DNA of 60,383 nucleotides, filler included, from Perkinsus olseni (Eukaryota): NCBI GenBank assembly GCA_013115125.1. It is 10 parts of 10 records of this genome, joined end to end, with 100 filler letters (N's around TTAATTAATTAA, not from the genome) between each part and the next. Parts side by side here need not be neighbours in the genome. Positions count along the whole stretch, not along the records: positions 24,293 to 30,259 come from JABANN010001147.1; positions 30,360 to 36,311 come from JABANN010001148.1; 8 more parts are not named here. One strand, 5' to 3'. Shown piece by piece: positions 25,380 to 36,411 of this stretch (position 1 is its first letter; each line of letters starts with the position of its first letter). The notes under the pieces were generated by a model. It saw only the letters and a program-made list of their open reading frames with translations, ran no database searches and was not told where the DNA came from. The position numbers and the translations under genes were made by a program.

Positions 25380-26860
25380 GCGCCCCCGGGATGTCGGCTG
25401 TGCCTGAACGCGCTGAACTCTAATCGCTCAATGAGCGCCGAAACTCTACTGTGGAAGTCCGGTCTTTCTTCAACTGGCTGTTCATAAATGTTGAAAGGAA
25501 TGCTACCAACATGCCTGACATAAAAGATTCCTACACAGCTTCAACCTAAGATACGCATCACCTCTGGCTCGAAGCCCCAGCTATGTCCTCCTTCAACAGA
25601 CTGAACAGCGGTTCTCCATTGTCCCACTGCAGCTTCCGCGGCCTCGAGAGCGGCACTTCGCCGATAACCTTAATGAAAGCAATCATAGAAACGTCAGATT
25701 TTCTTCGGTCACCATTGGCTCCATTTTAGGGTTCTCGACGCTCCTGACCTCCTCACTCCCTACGATAACCTTCACATCATTTCAAGAACGGTCTTACACC
25801 TATTACATATATGGTTGAGGCTGGTCGCCGGAGGGAGCCTCCCTCGAGACAGCACGGGGTTAATTGGGATAACATAGGTTGGTTCAAGAGGATCAGTCCC
25901 TCTCATAGCCGGTAGTCTTCCATCTAGCGGGCCGGCATTGATATCCTTGGCCGTCTGAAACGAACTGAGGTTTGAGCACCACGGGGTTCCGAGGCTCATC
26001 ACCAAACTCAGGTCTCGTGTTCGCTGCGCTCTCGGTGCTCCCCTCTTTTTTATGTCATTCAGTTGCTCTTGTACAGACTTCGTCCTCGCGTACCTTGAGG
26101 AACCCCTGAATACTTTCGGTATTAATCTGCACCTAGCTCACTCGATGTCAGACACGTCGTTGGGGTCCCTGACGTAGTTTCGGTCAGGAATGAGTCGCTT
26201 CGGATGCGAAAACCCGATATCTGTCAGTACAGCCTGCTACCCGAACTCCTGACTTCGCGGACCCTGCCTCGGATGTCGTTCGTGAGCCTCCCGTTGAACC
26301 TCGGAGGCTCCACCGGAACAGCCTCACTCTTCGGAAGTTTGTACCTGAGCAGGCCCACCGTCGGTTGGATCTTCTGAGAATGCTGTCGACGATTCCCGGA
26401 GCCCGCACGTAATTAGTACATAGGGTTTAGAGGGTCCAACACTCGGTTAGTCCTGAATCTGGTGATCTTCGGCTGAGCCCACTCGATGTCTTGTGTCGTG
26501 AGGGATAGGTCTCTCGGCCTGTTGACCACCGGTGGGTAGTACGACTTCGATCTCATGCCGGGCACGTCGCATCTGCAGTTTCAATGATTTTCAAAGAGGG
26601 ATTCCAGAACTCACTTCAAACTGAATTCAGGTTTGCGTAGGTAATCCAACCAATAGTAAGTCGGTTTGCACTTGTCGATGTCGATGGTGGTGAGGGAGGC
26701 ATCAGTGTCCTTCACATAAAGGATTCTACCTGAAAAAGGTTACCTTCAGTGCCAGAAGACATAGCCAGGGGTGACCTCGAGGGACATCCTTTGGCTTGAT
26801 GGTGTCCAAACTCATCGTATCTTCGCGTCGAGCGAAGGGAAGAGTCTCGTCTCGGCACAT
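25380..26860 (-). pseudogene. Degraded multi-exon gene for a repeat protein with SL-x-x-x-DI and DPL(N/E)PxY repeats
   Basis: Exon translations SLTTIDID, LSLTTQDIEWAQPK...RVLDPLNPMY*, DVSDIE*, TAKDIN...GTDPLEPTY, FSLLKEDIAGA, with in-frame stops. Confidence 0.35.
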
Positions 26861-26883
26861 GACCATCTCGGTGAACAAAAAAT

Positions 26884-26914
26884 TGATAACTGCGGGATTT
26901 GAACCCACGACCTC
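26884..26914 (-). pseudogene. Isolated tRNA 3' half followed by oligo-T
   Basis: GAGGTCGTGGGTTCAAATCCCGCAGTTATCA then ATTTTTT: intact T-arm, no 5' half adjacent. Confidence 0.45.
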
Positions 26915-27030
26915 GTCATAGCATCAACACAGCAATCTGAGGTCTTCAACTGAACATCGGGATTCATACATGTCTCCAAAGTAAAGGCTTATTTCAATCG
27001 ATTTCCTAGCCCAGTTAATCAACCGCTAGG

Positions 27031-27640
27031 TCACGTTCTCATCCTTATCTCCTTTTCGCTGCGGCCAAGCTGAGCAAAGCTCGGAGATTCACTTCCGCTT
27101 AACTGGCAGAAGAACACGGGTCGACCACCGATTGTATTCCCAACTACACTTACGTCGAGGTCTCTAACGTAGATGCTGACAGTGCGATAAGTTAGGGTCG
27201 CATCATCCAGGCTGGCCTGAGGCCTCTCGGTCCTATCCATGCGCGGGGTTTTCGATGAGGATCTTCTGCACGGGTTTGGAAAAGTTTTTCCTGTCACTTC
27301 CGCCATGAATTTCTCGAAAGTCTCAGCGCTCTCCGCCTTCTTTTTCAGATCCTTGCACGCGATACCGGCAGTTACCTGAGTCGTACACAATACGCTCGGA
27401 GGGCCGCGACGCGGCAGATCCTCGACAAGGCGGATTCCTCACGTTAACTCCGGCAGGCAAAGGGGCCGTGGAACCATCAGGGCAGGTGGTTGCAGCGGCA
27501 ACGAACACATTGGGATCCTCATACTGCATGTCAACCTTCTGGGGCGGGTCGCTGGCGCTGGTCAGAGTCACTTTGCACGTGGGTGGGCCAGCAAGAGAAG
27601 CATTCTGGAGCTCCGTACATTCTCGGTATAACTAACACCG
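27031..27640 (-). CDS. Lineage-specific small Cys-containing protein, paralog C
   Basis: TCKVTL...YEDPNVF...TTC, intron, IACKDL, ending LDDATLTYRTVSIYVRDLD shared with paralog A. Confidence 0.5.
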
Positions 27641-27859
27641 CAAGTGGTTAAAGTTTTAACTCCGGCGGAATCTCATCAGTCCCAACGCGATTTGTACGGG
27701 CCTCTGAGCTCTCTGCCATGCTTCGTGTTTCACTCGGCCACATACGTTAGACTCTTTGTAAATTACACAAACAAGGGCACCAACCATTCCCCAACGACTG
27801 TGGCTCTCGCGTTTTTGGCTAGACGGAATGAACCGAGGAGTAACGCTAATAGGAACGCA

Positions 27860-28203
27860 TCCCCCTCGGCAAGCAACCAACTCACCGAAGAGAGTGCTTT
27901 CTCCGCTTGAAACTCCTCCCTCTCCTTCCCCTGCAGCTCCTCGCAGTCCTCCACCACCCTCACACGGTTGCTGCTGTTGTTGTTGTTGTTGCTCAGGAGC
28001 TGCGCAGCACGGTTACTTTCACCACACGTGGCGCTAACCAGAGTGAAATTGCCGCTGCCCGACGACTCGTAAGTGGCCACAGTGAATGGTGACTTCTCCC
28101 CGAGGTATATATCGCAGCCGAGGATGTCACTGCCACGCTTCCGAGTTCTAGGAGCAGGGACCTGAGCAGAAGCAGAGAGCCACCCAAGGACCCCGATTAT
28201 CAT
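27860..28203 (-). CDS. Lineage-specific small Cys-containing protein, paralog B (3' end unclear)
   Basis: GCDIYLGEKSPFTVATYESSGSGNFTLVSATCG, near-identical to paralog A. Confidence 0.5.
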
Positions 28204-28482
28204 ACTGACTCACTTCCGAGTCTGAATCAGAGCAACCCTCTAACCTGATCACGGGAAACAATGATAATAACAGGCTGACGCAACGGTAGACTCACATCGA
28301 CGTCCCCACCAACAGCGTCACGCCGATCGCGATGAGCTTCGACACACAGGTGCTGGTGGTGGACATTCGAGAACGTCGCCACTGCGAAGCGGCACATGAA
28401 TTGGCCCGGCCGAACAAACAACTGGGAGGAGCCGACAGTTACACCAACAGCGATAAACATCATGACATAACAAATAACGGCT

Positions 28483-29130
28483 CTAAGCAAGACGATTAAC
28501 ATCTCGTGCATCGCCCAGACCGGCTGACGAGGAATAAGAGCCCGAGGAGTAGCTGTACGCTCCCCCTGAGACGTGATAGGCCTGAGAACGGTGGCGAGTA
28601 GAACGATGCCGTCGGAACGCGCAACTCACGCCAGCGTTGGAGTCATCGAGATCCTTGACGTAGATACTGACGGTCCTGTAGGTCATCATACCATCCTTCA
28701 ACTTGGCGGCCGACTCGTCCTTCTCGATACTTCCGTTGTCTTTAACGGGGGACTCAACCTCACCATGGCCGTCGCATTCCTCATACAACTAACAAGGCAC
28801 TTGAGTCATGCACGCTCAACCTCACGATGCCCCCATCTCACCGAGTCGAGGTCCTTTCCAGCAGCGTACTGCTCTCGCTCGGCTATCTGCAGGCCATCGC
28901 AGTCCGTCGCATTAATCGGCCTAGAGGCTGCCGTGGACCCCATGACGTGAGCGGCTGTCTTCTTCGACCCGCATGTGGCGCTGGTCAGGTGGAACTCGCC
29001 ATCGCCGGGGCCCTCGTAGGTGGCGATAGTGAATGGCGAAGTCGAGCCGAGGTAGATGTCGCAGCTGGTCAAAGAGCTTCCCTTCTTCCGTCCACGAGCC
29101 TTGGGTATCTACACAGCGGAGGGAGTCTCG
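28483..29130 (-). CDS. Lineage-specific small Cys-containing protein, paralog A
   Basis: SCDIYLGSTSPFTIATYEGPGDGEFHLTSATCG...CDGLQ, then LKDGMMTYRTVSIYVKDLD in a later exon. Confidence 0.5.
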
Positions 29131-31199
29131 TCTAAGGACTGTGGAGTCTTGAATACGCTGCAATGTAATGAGGGCTGAGAAGGATGGGACTTGAAAAGAT
29201 CCGAAACCGAAAGATTCCGAAGAGGTTGGAAACGGAAAGATTCTCTCTGACTCTGTGACCCTTACATCGCGCTCGGCGTGCTCACTGCAACCTTGAAGCA
29301 TCCTAAAGGGAGAACATCATTTGAAAAGAAATGATCCATTTTCCTTTGGGCCCTCGAAAGAAACAACTCACCCAGCGAAGATGACGCCGGCGCCGTAGAA
29401 CAGGGTCCGAAGCATGAGGGATTTAGTTCGAAACGGAAAGAATTCAACTACCACCAGAACCATCTGAATGGAACGAGACAGCACGCTGGCACCGCAGCCG
29501 TGGCAACGCTGAATCCATCCTCGCCCCACTGCTAGGTCCGATGCTTGGCGATTGGTATTTCGCTTCCAAGCGAGAGCACGGCCACTCTAGGGCGAGAGCA
29601 GCACGGCCACTCCGCGACGCTCCTCGTCAATTTGACAAACGACCTTCGGATTCATTTTCGCGGAAGTCTCCTCTGACGCCGCTCGAGATGCGTTTTTCGT
29701 GCAGAATGCAAGAACGAGGTCAGTAATTTTACGGAGCCAGGCCCGACTGAGGTATCTGCACTGCAGATTCTGCAGTCCACAACGAGGATAGAGAGGCAGT
29801 TGACAATGAGTGCGTCCTAGCTGTTGAATGAGAGGAGGATGAGGTAGTCTACTGGTGAATCTTAGGTTGAAGCTAGCAAGATGCGCAGAACTTCAAGCTG
29901 ATAACTAATTCCGATGCCCAGCGGGCACGATTTCGCATACAGTCTGCTAGCTGTACCCGAGCTAGGCCGCTGAGTAACAGCTCTTTCAGTTGATCGTTAG
30001 TGCGCTGCGTCTTTTTACTTCTGCGTAAGTCACCGGACAGGACCTCTGCAGGGTCTTTCGACCCGGCCAGCCATTTTCTCTCTGATAGTTGCCGTATCTC
30101 ATGCGCTGTATCTGATCGAGCGTTGGTATTATCTTAAGTTCGATCCTCACAGGGTTGGGTCACCTCGTCTTGTACTCTATCTTTTTCCTCCACAAATTCT
30201 TAGCATATCCGGTTTTTCGACTCGTGCACTGTCACCTGGACGAGTACGGAACTGTAACTNNNNNNNNNNNNNNNNNNNNNNNNNNNNNNNNNNNNNNNNN
30301 NNNTTAATTAATTAANNNNNNNNNNNNNNNNNNNNNNNNNNNNNNNNNNNNNNNNNNNNCCAGAGATCGACGAAGTGATGGAAGTCAATGGACTCCACTG
30401 GTCGTAGCAGTGGCACGGCAGAATACTGACATTGTAGGCCTTCCGCGACTGAACGAAAATGAACGCCATTGAATGGTAGTGTAGGAGCCTTCCGAGGGAG
30501 AGAACCTCCTCAGGGGGCGTGTGAATTCGACTGCAACGTTCTGGCAGTGTGTGGAGGAGGGCACTCCAGCCCAGCCCCGCGTTCCGAATCAGCTGCATCG
30601 TAGCGGAGCGTAGCCGTTGCTCAGGTGCAGTGCTTGCTCTCCTTCGGGGCTGACCCAACGGAGACTGTCCAGAGTGCTGACTTCCCGGGTAGGGCATTCA
30701 GTGAGGTTGCACCTGTATTACGCCTGAATCAGTTTAATGTGCGAAAAATTGAGCCATTGCGCGATGCGTGATACTAAATGGGTGTCTCGGTAGCGTTTTA
30801 CTCGACGCGAGTGCATCTTCAGTGTTCCTCAACTCCCGCTTTCTGGCACCATGAACCTTCTTCATAGAACGCTAGCCTGGATTTCGTGAGGACTTCGAAC
30901 GAGCCAGTTCGTGGCATCAAGCCATTCCCTTTCCTTCACGCAGGGTCATCGTGTAGATTTACCAATTCACTCGAGGAAGCGAAAATCATCTCTCGTGATT
31001 ACCTGGGGATCCAGAGTTCGTGTATTGTTGCTGAGTGGTCTCCTTGTTAAAGCAGTACGTGTGAGCGGCATCAGAGCTATCACGTCCGCTCTGCCTTCTG
31101 GCTCAGTCTACTAGAAGGACACCTCAGCAAGTTGGCGTCGGTTAGGAACCTCGGCCAAGATAGATTGGACCTCGGAGTCGAACCATCGTGACTTATCTC

Positions 31200-33330
31200 T
31201 CTCGTAGGTTGCCATTTCCTCGAGAGTCACCCGTCCATCCATGGCGATGTGTCGCCAATAGGATCAACCAGGCTGGATGGTGAGCCTAACTGCGGGTGCA
31301 AGTGGAGCGGTGAGGATGAAGGCATCACCTTGCTGCATCTAGCCGTGGTCGCTGGTGATGTCCCGATGCTTAGGCTTTTGGTGAGGTCTTGCTTCACCCT
31401 CACTCCTGCCTCGAGTCGGCGTCAGGTCCCGATCCTCACCGGGAAGCATCGCCGAAAACACAGAGTCCAGCTGAGTGGTAAAGGGCACCCAGTCGCCACT
31501 AAAGAAGAGCGGAAGTCAGCTGGGAGATTCGTAGGGCAGCATGGTGTCCTCGCCATATGCCGGGGCTCCGAACACGTATGCCGAGCTGTGATGTCTACCT
31601 GTTATATGATTCGGACACAGCCGTTGCACTACCACTCCATCTCAGGATGACTCAATCGTCACCGGCGACAATGTTGATCACAATGCAAACCTGGATCCTC
31701 TCGGGTTCGAGACTTCACAAGGATGGTGAGACCTCGAGCCTCGTGTTTTCCGTGGAACGTGTCGGTGAAATCTGGACTCGCCTTCTCGAAATTATCACTG
31801 CTACGTTGAATGATAAGCCGCTCGCTCAACAGGGACTCCACTGTGGTCTTCAGTGGCTCTACGGGACGACTCATTTTCTCACTTCCTCTCCCAGGACTTG
31901 CGCCGTGCTGGCGGTTCTCCTCCACACCATCGACCCCGAGATGCGCCTACGGCTCCGCTTCGTGCGGGGTACACTAGCCCAACGCGATACCTGCAACAGG
32001 AAAGAGGTAACACGGTAAAGTCTCATCGTCCGGCACTGCCATCAGGTCCTCGATTACATTTTCGGTGAAGCGGGCCGTGATGGCAGGAGTTGCTTTGGCG
32101 AAGATCACGGCAGCCCTCCCTCAGTGCCCCAGCGCCTTGATTGTGTCTGTCAGTCGCTGTGCATTAAGGTGAGTCTCGGATGGAGTCCGTCCTTCGGAGT
32201 TGCCTCTTCCTTAGGTTTTGGAATCCTTCGCTAGCACTTGTCGTCTATTCTCACAAGAAGCAACACTATTTCGCTGCACCCACGTGACGCTGCTGAGAGC
32301 GTGCCATTCCAATAGATATGCCGTCGCACAGTATCTGCTGCATAATGGCCTCGCTCAACCCGCATGCCCCTTCATTAAACCCGTCTCGGCTAGGTGAGGA
32401 CTCTCGCGAAGCTCGGCAAATCATCTCGCGAAGAATCGAGTGGCGCATAGATTCGTGTAATCTACCGTCGTACATCTTTACGACTTGCCTGCCAGCGTCG
32501 TCGGTGCGTGGAATGCGAAAAACGTGTAATCGATCTTTAGGCTGTTATACTCGATAATAAAACGTGAGTAATTACAGATTCTGAATCTACGGTGAATTCG
32601 TACCTATTATGAACTCATTTCTGTTTCCTTCGTCCGTTTTGGACACTAGGTCACAGAAACGGTCACCTGTGATCGCAGGCTGCATGGTATGACTTAGCCG
32701 GGCGAGAAATGAGCTTAAGTTGTCTGTCGCCGCGAAGAAGGGAGTTAGGGAGGGCTACAGTCATCTTGCTCTCTCTTCTCTCTTATCTTCTGCTCCTACG
32801 AAGACCGTCTCGCGTCACTGACGTGAGACGGTTTTTCTGATTGTTGACACTGTGACCCACAGCACGGCGAGTGCTACCTCGCCCTTACTTCGCCTTAACG
32901 TGGTTCATTCTACAGACCGTGCTGCCCCTCAGACCCGTCCACGTATGCGCATCATCGGGTTACGGAGAACTCCTCCAGCTCTTGGTCGATGCGGGAGGTG
33001 ACCCATCTGAAGTGGACGAGCAGGGCAGGAAACCTATTTGGAAACTCAATGACTTCCATCGAAGGTCGCAGGGCCATGGGGATGTTCCCAGTTTGGCAAT
33101 TCTCTACTACATCGCCTACGGACTAACTTCCGCTCTGCGTCTGTTCCCTCAGGAATTCGGAATTCTTAGTGGAGCAGTTGGCCCAGGCATCATCAAAAGT
33201 TGGGGAGTTGCCTTCCATGGTTCAAAAGCAGGCTCGGGGTCTGCCCGAATCGCCTTATGAATTAAGAAGGTCGATTGAGGATGCTCCTGAACACGCTCCG
33301 TGGAAGGCTTCTCGGGAGCACTCATTTCAA
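31200..33330 (+). CDS. Ankyrin-repeat protein gene fragments (spliced, possibly degraded)
   Basis: GITLLHLAVVAGDVPMLRLL followed by a GTGAG donor, and PVHVCASSGYGELLQLLVDAGGDPSEVDEQGRKP; both fit the ankyrin consensus. Confidence 0.5.
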
Positions 33331-33511
33331 AAGAATAGCGGCGAGGCCATGTCCTTCTCCCCAGTGTCTAGGGAATGATAGCCGTTGGTATTCCTTCTTG
33401 TGTTCGAGTGGCACTCGACGAGTGCACACCTAATAGAAATATCATTGCCTGTAATGCTCCAGAGATTGAGAAGATCTCTTGGAGCTTGTGGAGGAGGCAG
33501 CGGCGGAGCAC

Positions 33512-33573
33512 GCGGTTGAGGAGGTGGTTGAGGAGGCGGTTGAGGTGGCGGTTGAGGAGGCGGTTGAGGAGGT
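33512..33573 (+). repeat. 12-bp minisatellite (GCGGTTGAGGAG)n
   Basis: About five near-perfect units; reads AVEE/VVEE in one frame. Confidence 0.85.
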
Positions 33574-33984
33574 CCATGTGCAGGTACACCATGTTGTTGA
33601 GCTCACCTAGCCTCAGCCACTTCGATGGTTGGCAACCTTGCTTCCGCAGTTATTTTCGTTGATTGCGTGGTGCGTAGAGAAGGAACTGTACCCCGTAGTC
33701 CCCTTGGAAGTACCCCGTGTGCGTTTTCCTGGTTCTCGTTCGGGACCTGATGCGGGGAATCACGTTGGTATGTGTCTGTTTACCTTGTAAGCCGCTCTCT
33801 CTTGAATCAAGAGCCTATCAAGAGTCTTGATAGGCGAACAACCAGCTGTGATAGTCATGAAGGATGGCCTTTAAGGCGCGACGTCTCGGTTGTGGTCTTC
33901 TCATTCTTAGTATGAGTGTTTTCATAAAGAAAACAGTAAGAATTTCTTACTGGCAGTGTTACTTCTGGATTCGGGAATGGGGTC

Positions 33985-36146
33985 TTTATCGATTGACGCA
34001 CCGCTCGTATCTGAAGGTGAGGCGTACTTTGAATTTTACTGAGACTACCCTATGATTGTTTAGATGCATCAAATTGAAGGGCTGAGGTTCCTGAATGTTC
34101 AAGACGAGCAGCCATTTGGCTGCTTCGTTGATCCCGTTCAGTAGAGCTTTCCGATTGGGAAACACGAAGTGTTGTGCGAGCCAAATTCTGAACGGTACGT
34201 GGTTATCCAGGAACTGAAAACCGAGTATGGTACACTGTATGTGGTCGCTTGTTATTTATAGCGTGAAACTTACGGTTCTTAAGGATCTCAGTCTGGCTGC
34301 TGTCGTTGCTCCCGCAGTTGGAATGCTAAGTATTTGAAAGTCTGATATTCGCAGTATGTTCTTCGTTGGTGGTCGTTGTTGATAGTGTGTGGCCGGTATG
34401 ATGAAGTGAAGCTCGTGTAAATCTGCTGGCGGAAAGTGATTGAAGGCGTTCCGACCGATGCCGCGAAATCTGACACTCTCGCTACGTAGTTGCAATGGGT
34501 ATTACTTTATTATTGCAGTGTGATGTAGTTCAATTATGGTTACCTTCTCCAGTTCATGTCGATGTAACTTTTAGTGGCTTTTGAACCTTCCCGCCACAGT
34601 GATGAGTCAAAGCAGGCTCTTTTGACGGCGTCGAGTCCCTCACCTATAGCAAAATATTGTTTCGCTTCGAGTCCACCAACCTTACCTCTTTCGATACATT
34701 CTACTGCCCTCCTTGCTACCAACCCTTGTCTACACGATGCTACAGAGAAACCAGAGTGGCCGTACCTGAACCGCCATCATGCGCAAAGTTCGTCCTGCGA
34801 ATGTGTTTACCCGGCCTTTTGTGCCGCGTACGCTATCTTAGCTGTTACCCATTTTTCGCTCAACGAATATCCTCTGAAGTCCGGAAATGCTAGTTCTGAT
34901 CCGCGGCCGTATCCTGTGTTATCCAGTAAGGCGAGCCAGCGTGACAGTGCGTAAGCTGGTAGGCCCTTAATTAGTGCTTTTACCTGGACACGTTCGGGTG
35001 GTCAAGGAAATGACGAAAGGAATGTTGAAATCGCAGGCAACCCTAGCACACGGTTTACTTACATCTTCATCTTGCATTGTTTTCACGTTGGGGAGGACTA
35101 CCTGGTACACTGGGACCTGTATTCCCGCTGGGATCCGGTTGTATCCTTCCCCGGCCAGGTTGTCCAACGGTAAACCGTTCCAGTGACTACTGCCGGCTAC
35201 GCCTGAGAATAGAGATTGAAGCCTAGTGTCAAGCTTTATTCGTACACCACTAACTGTCTTCGGCCGGGGGGACCAAGTGCACCTGTCTTATCGTTATGTC
35301 TCTTCTTCGTAATCGTCGCAGGGCTTCGAATCTGCATCCTAGGCTGCACATCAGCCTCGTCAATACCCTCACTAGGTGATCCTGAAATATACGTTAAACA
35401 ATAGTATCGGATAGAATATCATCACGTATATAGTTTCTCCCAAGGCCTGACATACTCGATCTTCGTCGACGGGGTATAGGGGAGGATTGTGCGTAACCTC
35501 GTCACTTTTCTCACCGTAATGGGTTGTCAAGAAATCTATAGCCACTCTGAAAGCCTGAGTGAAAGATACACGGTTGGGCTCACGGTGGTAGACTGCTGTT
35601 CTCGTTGTTCCATCATCTCACCTGATTATCCGCTAAGTTGTTCGCTCGACTAAACGGGCAGAAGAGTCGCCCGTTTACTCGTCCTCGCAACCCCGACAGC
35701 AATCGTGACAGGCTGTACGATCTAAAGGTCGACAAGTAGATTGAACCGCAGTATGCGTCATCATCGTTTAGTGGAACCCCAGCCACCATGTATAGCATGT
35801 CACACGCTATGTCGGCGCCTGCAAGGGAGTAGCCGCCCTCTGCTGTTGGCGGCTAAGGTAGTAATAAATTTAGGTATCCGAAGGCAAACTTATTAACTGT
35901 TCTTACCTTTCTGTTGATGGCGCGGTTTGCGATTCGCCAGAAGAAGTCCCAAATCAATAGTTCTTGCTGGAGTTCCGCTCTGCGTTGAGGCCTCAAGTTT
36001 GCGAAAAACGCTCCTCCTTCGAAGGCTCCCCTCACTTGGGGGAAGAACGCTTCGAATAGGAGGTTACCTCCACCAGCTGGCTGCTGTTGTTGTTGATTGA
36101 CTCCTACCACCGGGTTGGGCACGTCACCGGGGAGATGGGGTATCAT
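33985..36146 (-). CDS. Intron-rich tyrosine recombinase (Crypton/DIRS-type YR fold), divergent
   Basis: Splicing short GT-AG introns gives YLSTFRSYSLSRL (Arg I, about 35722), VKTMQ (Lys), TCP|AYALSRWL, LAFPD...LSEKWVTAKIAYAAQKAG|YGHSGFSVASCRQG (H/A-x-x-R, about 34730) and LWREGSKATKSY (Trp and Tyr, about 34565). Confidence 0.7.
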
Positions 36147-36411
36147 TTATCACGGGGAGAATACCTGAGTCTTTATCTCGTCTAGCCAAGCACGGTTTAA
36201 ACTCTCTTCCTCTTGCTATCTGAGATGACTGAGCTGACAAATGAACGGTGGATAACAAATGTGTGTCACAATGGCGATAGAGATAATGATGTGCATTATG
36301 TCTGTCCGGTTNNNNNNNNNNNNNNNNNNNNNNNNNNNNNNNNNNNNNNNNNNNNTTAATTAATTAANNNNNNNNNNNNNNNNNNNNNNNNNNNNNNNNN
36401 NNNNNNNNNNN

